DNA of 64,000 nucleotides from an uncultured Gammaproteobacteria bacterium (GCA_963827755.1 CAWHCQ010000012.1:64001-128000), one strand, 5' to 3'. Positions 1 to 11,745 are shown, counted from the first letter of the stretch. Numbers and translations: made by a program. The notes: generated by a model not told the origin, from the letters alone.

Positions 1-62
1 TTCCCAGGGAAGAGCTTGCCGCCGAGGGCTATGCAGCGTACTTGCCGCTATTTGACCGGTAA
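1..62 (+). CDS. msrB: 3' end of a gene entering from the left, probably methionine sulfoxide reductase B (or MsrAB)
   Basis: Frame 3 reads PREELAAEGYAAYLPLFDR*, resembling the MsrB C-terminal tail (F-I-P-x-E-x-L-x-x-E-G-Y-x-x-Y-L-x-L-F). Only 20 codons are visible. Confidence 0.55.
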   Translation, partial: PREELAAEGYAAYLPLFDR

Positions 63-69
63 CCCTCTG

Positions 70-492
70 CTACATATGTGACTGATGCTCATAGTTACCG
101 CAACCCCAGTAACTCAGGCCATCAAGCACAACGACGACTGTTGTCTCGTATGACTTGCCGGTTTCCGAGTCCAGGCATGCCTTGTCGGTCACTTGCACAT
201 TAAACTGATGGTCCTTGCTGGGGATATTGTAGATGGTCGTCTTGTTTTTCCTGGTAAGCGTGTTTCCATAAAACGGATAGACGTAGCTGATCACGCCCTC
301 ATCAGATTCAAATGTAACCTGGTGAGTGGTGTTATCAACCAGCAGGTACCAGTTCGGATCTTTTCCCAACGCCGTAAGGTTACCGTCTTTATTACCCGTA
401 TAACCGCCAGCCACAGCCAGCTGGAATACCAGCATCAGGGACGCCGCGACAAAACAATAAACCGTCTTCATGATATGAGATTTCATCTTCAT
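70..492 (-). CDS. Exported hypothetical protein, COG3650-like
   Basis: Signal peptide; ALGKDPNW...C-L-D-S-E-T-G-K-S-Y...Y-W-G-C-G pattern; AAGGAG RBS upstream. Confidence 0.65.
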   Translation of the reverse strand: MKMKSHIMKTVYCFVAASLMLVFQLAVAGGYTGNKDGNLTALGKDPNWYLLVDNTTHQVTFESDEGVISYVYPFYGNTLTRKNKTTIYNIPSKDHQFNVQVTDKACLDSETGKSYETTVVVVLDGLSYWGCGNYEHQSHM

Positions 493-523
493 TACTCCTT
501 GTTTTTTGTATCATCCAACCCGT

Positions 524-1702
524 TCAGTTATACGATGCCCTGGCAGCATCCACTGCCACACCTGTGCTGATTGGCGCTTTCATGCTGCCGAGTACAGCAT
601 CAAGCGCACCCAGACAGAATAGAACATTTGTTGTGTTGCTGGCAAAGCCCATTAGCCCGATACGCCAGATTTTCCCTGCCATGGCACCGAGACCTGCCCC
701 TATTTCAAGGTTATATTCGCTCAGCAGGGCCGCCCTGACGGCGGCCTCGTCAACACCGTCCGGGATCGAAACCGCGTTCAGCTGGGGCAGACGCTGGCCT
801 TCGGGTACGACGAACGACAGCCCCATGGCCTCGATACCCGCACGCAATGCCAGGTGATTCTTCTGGTGCCGCGCCCAGGAATTCTCGATGCCCTCTTCCT
901 GCAGGATGACCAGGGCCTCGTGCAGTCCATAGAGGGTGTTGACGGGTGCCGTGTGATGATAGGCGCGCTTGGCGCCCCCGCCCCAGTATCCAAGAATCAG
1001 GTTCAGATCCAGGAACCAGCTCTGCACCTTCGTCTTCCGGCTGGTGATGACATCAATGGCCTTCTGGCTGAAGGTGACGGGCGACAGGCCCGGGACACAG
1101 GAGAGGCATTTCTGGGTTCCTGAATAAACTGCATCGAGTTTCCAGTCATCCACCATCAGGGGTGAACCGGCGAGTGAAGTAACCGTATCCGCGATGACCA
1201 GGCAGCCATGCTGACGGGCAATCTCCGCCAGGGTCTTCGCATCCGAGATCGCACCGGTTGATGTCTCGGCATGGACAAAGGCCAGGACTTTTGCATCGGG
1301 ATTGGCCTTCAGGGCCGCCTCGGCCTTGTGGGGATCGACAGCAACACCCCAGTCATCTTCAACCATGACTGCGGTGCCGCCACAGCGCTCGACATTTTCT
1401 TTCATACGCCCGCCGAAGACACCGTTCTGGCACACCACAACCTTGTCACCGGGTGACACCAGGTTTACAAAACACATCTCCATACCGGCAGAGCCAGGCG
1501 CGGAAACCGGCATCGTCAGGCTGTTGCTGGTCTGGAAGGCATAGCGCAACAGCTCTTTCATCTCGTCCATCATGGACACAAAAACAGGGTCAAGATGTCC
1601 GATGGTCGGGCGCGACATGGCCTCGAGGATGCGGGGATTGACGTCGGAAGGACCAGGCCCCATCAGGGTGCGAACAGGCGGGTGAAAGGACTGAATACTC
1701 AT
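524..1702 (-). CDS. Alanine-glyoxylate/serine-pyruvate aminotransferase (class V PLP enzyme)
   Basis: LMGPGPS, HAETSTG and YSGTQKCLS (PLP lysine) motifs; start taken at MSIQSF. Confidence 0.92.
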   Translation of the reverse strand: MSIQSFHPPVRTLMGPGPSDVNPRILEAMSRPTIGHLDPVFVSMMDEMKELLRYAFQTSNSLTMPVSAPGSAGMEMCFVNLVSPGDKVVVCQNGVFGGRMKENVERCGGTAVMVEDDWGVAVDPHKAEAALKANPDAKVLAFVHAETSTGAISDAKTLAEIARQHGCLVIADTVTSLAGSPLMVDDWKLDAVYSGTQKCLSCVPGLSPVTFSQKAIDVITSRKTKVQSWFLDLNLILGYWGGGAKRAYHHTAPVNTLYGLHEALVILQEEGIENSWARHQKNHLALRAGIEAMGLSFVVPEGQRLPQLNAVSIPDGVDEAAVRAALLSEYNLEIGAGLGAMAGKIWRIGLMGFASNTTNVLFCLGALDAVLGSMKAPISTGVAVDAARASYN

Positions 1703-1835
1703 GAATGTGCCTCTTGCTTGCAGTGTATTTGATTGATGATCGTCACAAAGCGGAAATTCTAACACTTTCCGCCCGTCGGCCCACTATTTTCCTCAAACCA
1801 GGCGAGGAATATATATCCGGCTCAAGGCCCCCGGA

Positions 1836-3842
1836 TCAGCCGTGCAGGAAGCAGCGCACCCGGTGGTCAGCCGACCCGGTTTCCCGGGGATATTGCTGCC
1901 GGCACTGCGGCATGGCCTGCGGGCATCGGGGGTGGAAATGACACCCCCCGGGTGGATTCGATGGCGAGGGAAGATCGCCCTCGAGGCGAATGATCTCGCG
2001 CAGGGTATCCTTGTCAACAACCGGCACGGCAGACAGCAGGGCCTGGGTATAGGGATGCAGCGGCCGTTCCAGGACATTGGCAACCGTACCCTCTTCGACG
2101 ATACGACCGAGGTACATCACGGCGACCCTGTCTGCCAGGTAGGCGACCACTGAAATATTGTGCGTAATAAAAAGATAGGAGAGAGCGAGTTCATTTTGCA
2201 GCTGCTTGAGCAGGTTCAGTATCTGTGCCTGCACGGAAACATCAAGCGCACTGGTCGGCTCGTCACACACAATCAGGCGCGGGTCAACCGCCAGTGCACG
2301 CGCGATGCAGATGCGCTGTCGCTGGCCGCCGGAAAATTCATGCGGGTAACGCGGCAGGTGGTCTGCCGACAGACCAACCTGGGTGAATAACTGTTCAACG
2401 CGCCTACGCCGTTCACCACGATTCCTGCCGATACCCTGTGCAATCATGCCCTCTTCGACGATATCGCCAACCATCATGCGCGGGTTCATGGACGAGTACG
2501 GGTCCTGGAAAATAAACTGGAAGTCGGAACGCGCACGGCGCAGTCGCCTGCCCCCCAGCGTGGTCAACTCTGTGTTGTCGAAGCGCACGCTGCCATCCGT
2601 TGGCCTGATCAGCTGCAGGATGCTTTTTCCGACCGTTGTCTTGCCGCAACCGGATTCACCCACCAGCGCCTGCGTGCAGCCCGTGGGTATCTCCATGGAG
2701 ACACCGTCAACCGCGAACACATGGCCGACAACACGCTTGAAGACCCCCTTGTGAATCGGAAAGTGTACTTTCAGGCCGGAAACCTCGAGCAAGGGGACGG
2801 CATCCGTTGCCCGGTGCGTGACCAGTGCCTGATCCTGTCCGGCAGCAGCGGCTTGTTCAGGCGGTGTCAGGGTGTCATCAGCCAGGTGGCAGCGCACATG
2901 GCTGCCGGCAGATGAATCCAGCCAGCGAGGCACGTGGTCATGACAATAGTCCCAGGCATAATCACAGCGCGCTGCAAAGCGGCAGCCTGGAAACTCATGA
3001 TCCAGGGCAGGAACAGAGCCCTTTATCGTATCAAGGGCCCGGTCACGTTTTCTGACATCCGGCAGCGACTTGAACAGCTTCTGACTGTAGGGGTGCAGCG
3101 CACCGGCAAAAAACTGCTCGCGAGTGGACTCCTCCACCAGTTGCCCGGCATACATGACCGCCACGCGATCCGCCATGCCGGCGACAATGCCAAGGTCATG
3201 ACTTATCAGCAGGATCGCCATCCCGGTCTTCTGCTGCAGCTCCTGCAACAGCTCAAGTACCTGCGCCTGGATGGTTACATCGAGTGCCGTCGTTGGCTCA
3301 TCGGCAATCAGCAGGTCCGGTTCACCGGCCAGCGCGATGGAAATCATGACGCGCTGCTTCATACCGCCTGAAAGCTGGTGCGGGTACTCGCTGTAGCGAC
3401 GCTTTACATCCGGGATGCCCACCGCGTCCAGCAACTCCAGGACACGTTCCCTGGCAACGCGTCCTTTCATGCCATGATGCTGATGCAATACTTCCGCGAT
3501 CTGGCTGCCTATCGTCAATACCGGGTTAAGCGAGGTCGCTGCCTCCTGGAAGATCATGGCAATGCGCCGCCCGCGAATCGAGCGCATCCCGGCCTCGGGC
3601 AACAGCGTCAGGTCGGTACCCTCGAGGAATACATGTCCCCCGGTTATACGGCCAACGGGTTCCGGCAAGAGGCGCAAAATAGACAGCGCCGTCATGGATT
3701 TTCCGCAACCGGACTCTCCCAGCAAGGCATAGGTCTCACCCCTGCGGATCTCGAAGCTGACATCGTCGACCGGACGAATCGCATGTGCACCATGTCCGAG
3801 GCGTACCTTTACATTTTCCAGCCTGAGTAATGCTTCTGTCAT
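1836..3842 (-). CDS. Peptide/nickel ABC transporter, fused double ATPase
   Basis: Two Walker A motifs (GESGCGKS/T), LSGG and FSGG signatures, Cys-rich oligopeptide-transporter C-terminal motifs. Confidence 0.95.
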   Translation of the reverse strand: MTEALLRLENVKVRLGHGAHAIRPVDDVSFEIRRGETYALLGESGCGKSMTALSILRLLPEPVGRITGGHVFLEGTDLTLLPEAGMRSIRGRRIAMIFQEAATSLNPVLTIGSQIAEVLHQHHGMKGRVARERVLELLDAVGIPDVKRRYSEYPHQLSGGMKQRVMISIALAGEPDLLIADEPTTALDVTIQAQVLELLQELQQKTGMAILLISHDLGIVAGMADRVAVMYAGQLVEESTREQFFAGALHPYSQKLFKSLPDVRKRDRALDTIKGSVPALDHEFPGCRFAARCDYAWDYCHDHVPRWLDSSAGSHVRCHLADDTLTPPEQAAAAGQDQALVTHRATDAVPLLEVSGLKVHFPIHKGVFKRVVGHVFAVDGVSMEIPTGCTQALVGESGCGKTTVGKSILQLIRPTDGSVRFDNTELTTLGGRRLRRARSDFQFIFQDPYSSMNPRMMVGDIVEEGMIAQGIGRNRGERRRRVEQLFTQVGLSADHLPRYPHEFSGGQRQRICIARALAVDPRLIVCDEPTSALDVSVQAQILNLLKQLQNELALSYLFITHNISVVAYLADRVAVMYLGRIVEEGTVANVLERPLHPYTQALLSAVPVVDKDTLREIIRLEGDLPSPSNPPGGCHFHPRCPQAMPQCRQQYPRETGSADHRVRCFLHG

Positions 3843-3860
3843 CGACGCTCTACCGGTGAA

Positions 3861-5270
3861 TCATCGTACGCGTGTCCGCGGATCGAAGGCATCGCGCACA
3901 GCATCGGAAAAGAGGTTTGCGGCAAGTACCAGCGCAAACATGAAAACAAAGGCGGCCAGCAGGGACCACCATACAACCGGCTCCCGCGCCATTTCCAGGC
4001 GGGCACTGTTGATCATATTGCCCCAGCTGTTCATGGTTGAATCCACGCCTACACCGACATAGGAAAGCACGGCCTCGGCCAGCACCAGGCCGCTGAAATC
4101 CAGCACCACGGTTATCAGCACGATGTGCATGACATTGGGCAGAATGTGCCGGGTAATCACCTTGCGATGGGAAACCCCGAAGGACACGGCCGCCTGGATG
4201 TACTCGGCCTCGCGCAATTTCAGCGACTCGCCGCGCAACAACCTGCACAGCCCTGTCCAGCTGGTTATGCCGAGAATAATACACAGGAATAACAAACGGA
4301 TATCTGCTCTTTCTTCAGTAGTTTCGAAGTATTCCGGGTGGTTGGCCATGAATACCTGCAACATCAGGATGGCGGCGGCGATCAGCAACACGCCGGGGAT
4401 GGAATTCAGGGTGGTATAGATATACTGCACGACGTCGTCAATCCAGCCGCGCATATAGCCGGCAAGAATACCCATCATGATGGCAAAAGGCAGCATCACC
4501 AGGGTTGTAAGACTGCCGATAAGCAGGCCGGTGCGGATGCTCTTCAGGGTGAGATAGAAAACATCCTGGCCGACCTTGTCAGTCCCGAACACGTGGTAGG
4601 CCGCGGCGAGATTGACTGAAAGAAAAACGAGCAACAGCAGTGTGCCGATCGTAACCAGGATGACTCGCCACGGGAGAACGGTTGTCTGCGCCAGGATGTC
4701 ATTTATCTTGCTGCGCACACCCGTCCCGTCACGCCTGGCCAGCAAGGCCGCCAGCAGGACAAGCATCAGCACGGTACCCAGCAGCCCCTCGACCAGGGCA
4801 AGCAGGCAACGGTGGAGGATATCCTCCCCCCTGCCCTTGCCCGTGTCCTGCAGATGACGCCCGCCATATTCCAGCGGGGGATAGGCACGGACCTCGCGCC
4901 CATCGGGCAGTGACAGGGTTTCCCTGGCATACAGGTGTGTTGCAAACGGTGCGGAGTAGGTTTTCTCGACCCGGGTACGCAGCGGACCCATCAGTACATC
5001 CAGCACACTCAGGACATCACCCGAATAATGGACTTCAGCCCCTGTGCCGTTATTTTCAAGCGAGCGCCGAAAGTGGATGGAGTCGAGCATGCCGATAACA
5101 ACAAAGGCCAGTAATATGACCGCCGATGCCGAGGCCATTCGGCCGCTGAATACACGCAGCCACGGCTCTCTTATATGCGGTTTTTTACGCGCGTAGAGAA
5201 TAAATACAACGACGACTGCAAACAGCAGGTAGAGCAGAACATCTGTCGTCAGCAGGACCGGCTTGATCAT
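3861..5270 (-). CDS. Peptide ABC transporter permease (DppC/OppC-like)
   Basis: FGTDKVGQD and EAA-like loop YIQAAVSFG; ends DAVRDAFDPR. Confidence 0.93.
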   Translation of the reverse strand: MIKPVLLTTDVLLYLLFAVVVVFILYARKKPHIREPWLRVFSGRMASASAVILLAFVVIGMLDSIHFRRSLENNGTGAEVHYSGDVLSVLDVLMGPLRTRVEKTYSAPFATHLYARETLSLPDGREVRAYPPLEYGGRHLQDTGKGRGEDILHRCLLALVEGLLGTVLMLVLLAALLARRDGTGVRSKINDILAQTTVLPWRVILVTIGTLLLLVFLSVNLAAAYHVFGTDKVGQDVFYLTLKSIRTGLLIGSLTTLVMLPFAIMMGILAGYMRGWIDDVVQYIYTTLNSIPGVLLIAAAILMLQVFMANHPEYFETTEERADIRLLFLCIILGITSWTGLCRLLRGESLKLREAEYIQAAVSFGVSHRKVITRHILPNVMHIVLITVVLDFSGLVLAEAVLSYVGVGVDSTMNSWGNMINSARLEMAREPVVWWSLLAAFVFMFALVLAANLFSDAVRDAFDPRTRVR

Positions 5271-6244
5271 GTCAGGCGCACCCTTGGATCAACAAGGGTA
5301 TACGAGATATCGACCAGTATCAGACCGAGGATATAGAGCAAGGTACCAAGAAACACCATGGCACGGACAATTGCGAAATCCTGGTTCCTGATCGCATCAA
5401 TCGTATAGCTTCCAAGCCCGGGGATGGAAAAGAAGGATTCCAGCAGCAGACTACCCATAAACAACAACGGCAGGATGACGACCACACCGGTAACAATCGG
5501 CACCAGCGCATTTCTGAGAATATGACGAAACAGGACCAGCGATTCTGCAAGCCCCTTGGCGCGCGCCATGCGCACATAATCCTTGCCGGCCTCTTCCAGG
5601 AAGAAGGTCCGGTACCAGCGGGAACCGGAACCAATCCCGCTGACCACGCCGATCACAACCGGCAAGACAAGAAACCTGAGGGCATCAACACCCGTTTCAT
5701 AACCCGAAATAGGCATCAGTCGCAGCAGTTTTGCCAGCAGGTATTGTCCCCCGATGATATAAAACATGGCGGAGATCGACATCAGCATGACGCAGACGAC
5801 AACGCCTGACACATCGAGATAGGTGCCCCGGAAAAAGGCCATCATCATGGCAAAGGTGATATTAACCAGCAAGCCGACGATCAATACCGGCACTGCAATT
5901 GCCAGGCTCGGCATCATCCGCTGGCTGATGTCGTAGCTGATATCGCGGCCTTCGTCCGAGTAGCCGAAGTCGAGCGCAAACAGGCGCACCGATTTTTCGT
6001 AGAAAATTGTATGGGTCAGCTTTTCCATCCCGCTGCCGGCCTCGTTCAACAGCAGCGGCTTGTCATAGCCGTGATCGGCCTTCCACTTCTCGACAGCCTC
6101 GACGGTAACACGCTTCATACCCAGGTGCATGCGCGCCATATCGTCCGGAGTGTTGACCACAAAGAACAGGTAAAAGGTAAGCAGGTTGACACCGATCAGT
6201 ATCGGTATTGCATAGGCCACGCGCCTGACGATATAGGCAAACAT
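5267..6244 (-). CDS. Peptide ABC transporter permease (DppB/OppB-like)
   Basis: Starts MFAYIVRR; DYVRMARAKGL motif; ends YTLVDPRV. Confidence 0.93.
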   Translation of the reverse strand: MFAYIVRRVAYAIPILIGVNLLTFYLFFVVNTPDDMARMHLGMKRVTVEAVEKWKADHGYDKPLLLNEAGSGMEKLTHTIFYEKSVRLFALDFGYSDEGRDISYDISQRMMPSLAIAVPVLIVGLLVNITFAMMMAFFRGTYLDVSGVVVCVMLMSISAMFYIIGGQYLLAKLLRLMPISGYETGVDALRFLVLPVVIGVVSGIGSGSRWYRTFFLEEAGKDYVRMARAKGLAESLVLFRHILRNALVPIVTGVVVILPLLFMGSLLLESFFSIPGLGSYTIDAIRNQDFAIVRAMVFLGTLLYILGLILVDISYTLVDPRVRLT

Positions 6245-8470
6245 CAATGCTTTTCCTGGTAGGCCGGCATGCGCTGGTGTTTGCGAAAACCGAGATAGGC
6301 CGGCAACACGACAACCAGCAACAGCACGGCCAGCAGCAGCAGCGGCCAGCGCACCGGTTGATTCCACTGCGCCCGCAGCTGCGCACGCTGCAGCGGATCG
6401 ATACGCCTGTATTTAAGCGAATTATTGGCCATCAGGTTTGGTTTGACATTCACGTACCAGCTATGGCGCAGGGAATAATCCTTGGGGAAATATCCCCATA
6501 CCCAGGGGGCATCATAACGCGCAATGGCAATAATCTCGTCTATCAGGGCCTGGCGTTGCGGGCTGTTCTCCATGTTCTTCATCTGTTCGAACAGCGCATC
6601 GAACCGGGGATTCCGGTAATTCGCTGCATTTTCGCCGTTCTTGCCGACCTTGATGTTCGGACCATAGAGCAGAAACAGGAAATTTTCCGGATCCGGGTAA
6701 TCGGCATTCCAGCCCCACTGGAATATCTGGGCTGTGCCCTTGAGCATTTTATCCTGAAAGCGGTTGTAGTCCGTGGCGCGGATAACCAGTTGAATATCCA
6801 GTTTTGCAAACTGCTTGCGCAACCAGTCAAGCTGCGCCTTGGAATCCGGTCCGGACTGCGGCCGTGTCGAAATGCAGCACCAGCGGCTTGCCGGTGACGG
6901 CATCACGCCCGTCCGGATAACCAGCCTCAACGAGCAATTGCCGGGCCGTCTCCAGGGGTTTGCGGCGCACGCCGGCTGCGGTGAAATCATAGACATACTG
7001 ATTGATACCCGCCTCGCCTTCAGTATGCCCGAAGATCCCCTGCGGAATCGGCCCCTGGGCCGGGATGCCACGACCGTTCAGAAAAATCGATATGTACTCT
7101 TCGAAATCAATTGCAATGGATATCGCGTGACGCAGTTTCCGGGCGCGTTCGGACTGGCCGCCGACCACCGGGTCGAGCATGTTGAAGCCGGTGTAATACA
7201 TCGACGTGGATACCGAGGTATTCAACACGATACCCTGCGCGCGCATGACCTCCGTCAGGTTGGTTTCACCGCCCGAACCCACGGTGACGGCCTGGTCAAA
7301 GCTGTCGGATGCGATCCCTGAGGAATCGTAATAACCCTGCAGAAACTTGTTCCAGTAGGGAATGGTCTCTTTCTCAAGACTGAAGGTAACCTGGTCAATG
7401 AAAGGCAACGGGCGGCCTGCATCATCGAGCAGCCCCGCCTCCCCGTCACCGGGTTCTCCTTCCAGCGGGTAGGTTTCGCCATGAAAATTCGGGTTGCGGC
7501 TGAGGACCATCTGCCGATTCGGATTATTCACGGTAAGCATATAAGGCCCGGTCCCGACCGGGTACCAGTCCAGGGTGATATTGCGTTCCTTCATCCCCGG
7601 CTGCGAATAGAAGCGGTCGGCTTCATGTGGAACCGGCGCAAAGAACGGCATCGCCAGCCAGTAAAGCAATTGCGGATATTTACCCTGTATCGTGATTCTG
7701 TAGGTGTAGCGATCGACCAGCTCCACGCCTGCCAGCGGGTATTGTTGCAAATCCAGATAGACGCCTTCTTTCTGCCCGGCTGCGAGCGACTCGTAGGCAC
7801 TCGACAGGGTCTGCTGGTAGGCCTCCAGGCCGACGATATAGTCACTCATCAAGCCAAAGATCGGGGAATGCAGGCGGGGATGTGCCAGTCGTTTCAGCTG
7901 GTAGACATAATCAGCCGCTGTCAGCTCCCGTGTACCGGTTTTACTGAAGTCTGCCAGTGTATGAATCGGCGCCAGTTGATCGGCCGTCATATCGAGGTAG
8001 ACCGGCCGCCCCTGTGCGTCGCGGGCAAAGGCCGGATGCGGCTGATACTGGATACCCGGTTTGATCCTGATCTCGTAAACGCTGAATGCAATGTCATCGG
8101 TATTCGCGTCAGCGGGCAGACGACTGCCTTGCGCGTCGAGGTAGACGGCTGCGGGCATTTCAGTTGCCGTCAGCGGAATCAGTTCATAGGGCCGTTTCAG
8201 GTAGTGATATTGCAGCGGGGGCTCGTAGATCTGCCCGGTGAACGTGACCTCGTTGGAACTGTAGGACTGTGCCGGATCGAGGTGGTTCGGTCGCTCCCGA
8301 AAAGACGAATACAGGATGTTCAGCCTGGCCTCGTCTGCAGGATACGGACTGTTCCAGGGACCATTGTCACAGGCCGCGAGCATTACGCTGCCCAGGACCA
8401 CCAGCAGCCTGAAGTGTCTCGCCAGGCAAGGAAGCAGCATGTCAATATCGGTTTCCGCAGGGGCAGCCAT
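6244..8470 (-). CDS. Peptide ABC transporter substrate-binding lipoprotein (family 5), split by a +1 frameshift near 6856
   Basis: Lipobox LAAC; LDPA, PVGTGPY and GWNADYPDPENF motifs split across ORFs 6827..8470 and 6244..7071. Confidence 0.88.
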
Positions 8471-8621
8471 AAGCCGCCCATTATAATGACCCGCTGCGCA
8501 GGTACCATGCCCGCGTGCACTTCACCCGGACGGTGTTTTCCGGTACCGTAGCGACTCCTTCCCCGGTGCCTGCATGAATGCCGGGGGTTCATCTGTCAAA
8601 ATACATCGTGAAGGTAGCAGC

Positions 8622-9410
8622 ATGGGTTTTATGAGCGGAAAGCGTGTTCTCATCGTCGGCGTAGCCAGCAATCGTTCCATCGCCTGGGGTATCGCCCGGG
8701 CCATGCATCGCGAGGGGGCCGAACTGGCCTTCAGCTACCCGAACGAAAAAATGGGCGCCCGGGTAAGCAAACTGGCAGCCGAACTGGGCGCGGACATCGT
8801 CCTGCCCTGCGATGTCGGCAGTGACGAGCAGATCGAGACACTCTTTACCGACCTCGGCAAGCACTGGGATGGCCTGGACGTCATCGTCCACTCGGTCGCC
8901 TTTGCCCCGGCTGACCAGCTTGCCGGCGATTACCTCGAATGCGTCACGCGCGAGGGTTTCGCTATTGCCCACGACATCAGCTCCTACAGCTTTGCAGCTC
9001 TCGCCAAGGCGGGACATGCCATGATGAAGGGCCGCAAGGGTTCATTGCTGACCCTGAGCTACCTCGGTGCCGTGCAAACCATACCCAATTACAACGTCAT
9101 GGGTGTCGCCAAGGCCAGCCTCGAGGCCAACGTCCGCTACCTCGCGCAGAGCCTCGGCCCCGAGGGTATCCGGGTGAATGCCATCTCGGCCGGTCCTATC
9201 AGGACACTGGCCGCGGCCGGCATCAGTAATTTCCGTAAATTGCTGGATTGTTTTGCGGGCGCCGCCCCGCTGCGCCGCAACGTCACGATAGAAGATGTCG
9301 GCAATGCCGCCGCCTTCCTCTGTTCGGACCTGGCGGCCGGCATTACCGGTGAGATCACCTATGTTGACGGCGGGTTCAACACCGTGGGGCTGACGCTGCC
9401 TGAGCAATAG
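8622..9410 (+). CDS. fabI: Enoyl-ACP reductase (NADH)
   Basis: [25 protein letters not shown] and [10 protein letters not shown] motifs. Confidence 0.97.
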   Translation: MGFMSGKRVLIVGVASNRSIAWGIARAMHREGAELAFSYPNEKMGARVSKLAAELGADIVLPCDVGSDEQIETLFTDLGKHWDGLDVIVHSVAFAPADQLAGDYLECVTREGFAIAHDISSYSFAALAKAGHAMMKGRKGSLLTLSYLGAVQTIPNYNVMGVAKASLEANVRYLAQSLGPEGIRVNAISAGPIRTLAAAGISNFRKLLDCFAGAAPLRRNVTIEDVGNAAAFLCSDLAAGITGEITYVDGGFNTVGLTLPEQ

Positions 9411-9577
9411 CTACTCGAGTACCAGCCAGGTGCAGGGTGCGCTTCGCACGCCGGCAACTGTCAAATCATCGCGTCCCGGCGATGAGGTCTTTAGCCGGGC
9501 GAATCAGCTGTCTGGCTAGCAATCCAGCGGCATTTATGTATATGTATCAAAGACTTTACAGAGCAAGGTCCTTCCCC

Positions 9578-9604
9578 TAAATATTCCATTCCCTCGGCCG
9601 ATAC
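9578..9604 (+). promoter_or_regulatory. Sigma28 (FliA)-type promoter upstream of the minor pilin operon
   Basis: TAAA(9578-9581)-N15-GCCGATAC(9597-9604) versus consensus TAAA-N15-GCCGATAA. Confidence 0.65.
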
Positions 9605-9609
9605 AGTCT

Positions 9610-9704
9610 GCGAGAAGTCACGGGCTGCCTGTTGGGGCTTCTCGCGCTGGCGTTCGTTGACAATTTTATGCAGCCCGTCGGCAAAGACTTAACTTTGCCT
9701 TTTT
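9610..9704 (+). ncRNA. Candidate structured leader or sRNA: pseudoknot plus terminator-like hairpin
   Basis: 10-bp stem 9610-9619/9636-9645; loop 9620-9628 perfectly complementary to 9670-9678; hairpin GGCAAAG-6nt-CTTTGCC followed by TTTTT. Confidence 0.45.
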
Positions 9705-9769
9705 GCAGCCGCTACAGCCCTAAGCAGAGTCGGTTGCTTATATGGTGGAGCCACAGGGTAGAACTACGA

Positions 9770-10273
9770 ATGCTGATTAAACAAAAAGGATTCACACTGC
9801 TCGAGCTCATCGTGACGATGAGTGTTGCCATTATTTTGCTTACGGTAGGCGTGCCGAGTTTCCGCGATGTCGTCAAGAACAGCCGCATTACCGCCCAGAC
9901 GAACGAGTTCCTTGCCAGTGTCAATCTTGCGCGCAGCGAGGCCGTGAAGCGTGGTGAAACCATGATCCTGTGCCCCAGCGAGGACGGGGTCGAATGCGAG
10001 GAGGACGAGGTGAAGGACACCGACTGGTCGATTGGCCTGATCCTGCTGGATGCCTCCGATACAGTCGTTCGTGAATGGGATCCGATCGATGCCGGCAGCA
10101 CCTTCACGGCGAACTCCGGATTTCTGCAGTACCTCGACACGGGGGTTCTTCCGGGCGCTGCGGTCAGCTTCTCACTGGAAGTCTACAAGTGCAGAGGTCA
10201 TCAAAAACGCACCGTCATTCTCAGCCGCCAGGGACATGCAACAGTTCAGACAACTACCTGTTCAACGACATGA
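9770..10273 (+). CDS. fimT: Type IV minor pilin, GspH/FimT/FimU family
   Basis: Prepilin site KG-FTLLEL; NLARSEAVKRG; first gene of the operon. Confidence 0.9.
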   Translation: MLIKQKGFTLLELIVTMSVAIILLTVGVPSFRDVVKNSRITAQTNEFLASVNLARSEAVKRGETMILCPSEDGVECEEDEVKDTDWSIGLILLDASDTVVREWDPIDAGSTFTANSGFLQYLDTGVLPGAAVSFSLEVYKCRGHQKRTVILSRQGHATVQTTTCSTT

Positions 10274-10782
10274 ATAAAATGAATACCCATCTCAACAATA
10301 CCAGCCCCCGGCACCGCTTCCGCGGATTTGCGCTGCTGGAGATTCTGATCACGCTACTGGTCGTGTCCATCGGTTTGCTTGGGCTTGCGTCTTTGCAGAT
10401 TAGCGGAATGCGCGCCAACCAGATGGGCTTTATGCGCAGCCAGGCAGTCCTGGCCGCCTATGACATGGCCGACAGGATCCGTGCCAACCCCGCTGCCGCC
10501 GCGGCAGGCAGCTATGACGGCAGCCCGGCCGCGGCGACCGTCGACTGTGTCGGCGCAGACAATGCCTGTACGACTGGACAGATGGCCACCTATGACAAGG
10601 ACGCCTGGCTGAACACACTGACGGTGTTACCCGGCGGCGCTGGCGAGGTGGTCGACGACGGTAGCGACAATTACACCATCATCGTGCGCTGGGATGAAGA
10701 GCGCAGCGGCGCGACCGGCACGGATTGCCCGCCGAAAACAGACACCGATCTGCGCTGCTACAGCCTCGGGATCGCACTATGA
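10270..10782 (+). CDS. pilV: Type IV pilus minor pilin PilV
   Basis: RG-FALLEI, GLLGLASLQ and AYDMADRIRAN motifs; ATGA overlap with fimT. Confidence 0.92.
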   Translation: MNKMNTHLNNTSPRHRFRGFALLEILITLLVVSIGLLGLASLQISGMRANQMGFMRSQAVLAAYDMADRIRANPAAAAAGSYDGSPAAATVDCVGADNACTTGQMATYDKDAWLNTLTVLPGGAGEVVDDGSDNYTIIVRWDEERSGATGTDCPPKTDTDLRCYSLGIAL

Positions 10783-11745
10783 ACAAACACCCGCTTGCCA
10801 GTCATGCCGCGCCCGGCGCGCTGCGTTGCAGGGGCTTCACCCTGGTAGAACTGATGATCGCAATGCTGCTGGGCCTGATCCTCATGGCCGGCATAATCAG
10901 CATCTTCCTGAGCAGCAAACAGACCTATGCAGCCGTGCATGTACTGGCCAGGCTGCAGGAGAATGGCCGTTATGGCATCGACATCATCAGCAGTGACCTG
11001 CGCCGCGCCGGCTACCTGAGCGGTAATGCGAGTGTCGATACCATCGGCGGCACCGAGGGCGTGTCGACCACGGACGGCAGCTGCCTGACGTCAGGCACCA
11101 CCTGGGGCAGGATGATCGAACGCCGCGTCTTCGGTCTGGATGACACCAATGCGGGATACGCCTGCATTCCCGACTCGGCCTACACGCGGGGTGATGTGCT
11201 CACCGTGCGTTATGCCTCAACCGTGGAAGCGACAAGCTTTTCCGGCAACCGCGTCTACCTGCGCAGTTCGCTGTTCGAGGGGCGCGTCTTCAAGGGCTCC
11301 AGTGAAAGCAGCAACACCATTATTGAGAACCCGCAGACAACACGGGAGCTGGTGGCACATAGCTATTACATCGGTCCCTCCAGTGCGGAATGTCCGGCGG
11401 GAACCGCGGTCCCTGCCCTGCACTGGCTGAGCATGGACGACAACGGCCTGCCCGCAAGCGAGGAACTCGTGGTGGGAGCTGAACATTTGCAACTGCAGTA
11501 CGGTGTGGACACCGACGCCAACGGATCCGTTGAACAGTATCTCGATGCCGACACCATCAGCACGAGTGCCGCATTCGACTGGAATGATGTCATCGCGGTA
11601 CGCGCTCTGGTTGCTGGTGCGCGGCGAGTGCGCGGAGAACGGCCTCGACAACACCAATACCTACGTCATGGGTGATCAGACCTATACACCCGACGATGAT
11701 TTCCGCCGCCAGCTCTACACGACGACCGTGATGTTGCGTAACTGA
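10779..11745 (+). CDS. pilW: Type IV pilus minor pilin PilW, +1 frameshift near 11604
   Basis: RG-FTLVEL, LQENGR and LQLQYGVD motifs; the C-terminus LWLLVR...RRQLYTTTVMLRN continues in another frame. Confidence 0.88.

Noticed and set aside
9431-9455. GCAGGGTGCGCTTCGCACGCC as a REP element after fabI
   Set aside because: Single degenerate copy in the window, so it cannot be supported as a repeat family.
9676-9745. GGCAAA...CCTAAG...GGTTGC as a possible c-di-GMP-I (GEMM) riboswitch
   Set aside because: Lacks the GNRA-capped P2 and the GCAAA-GC junction; the resemblance is superficial.
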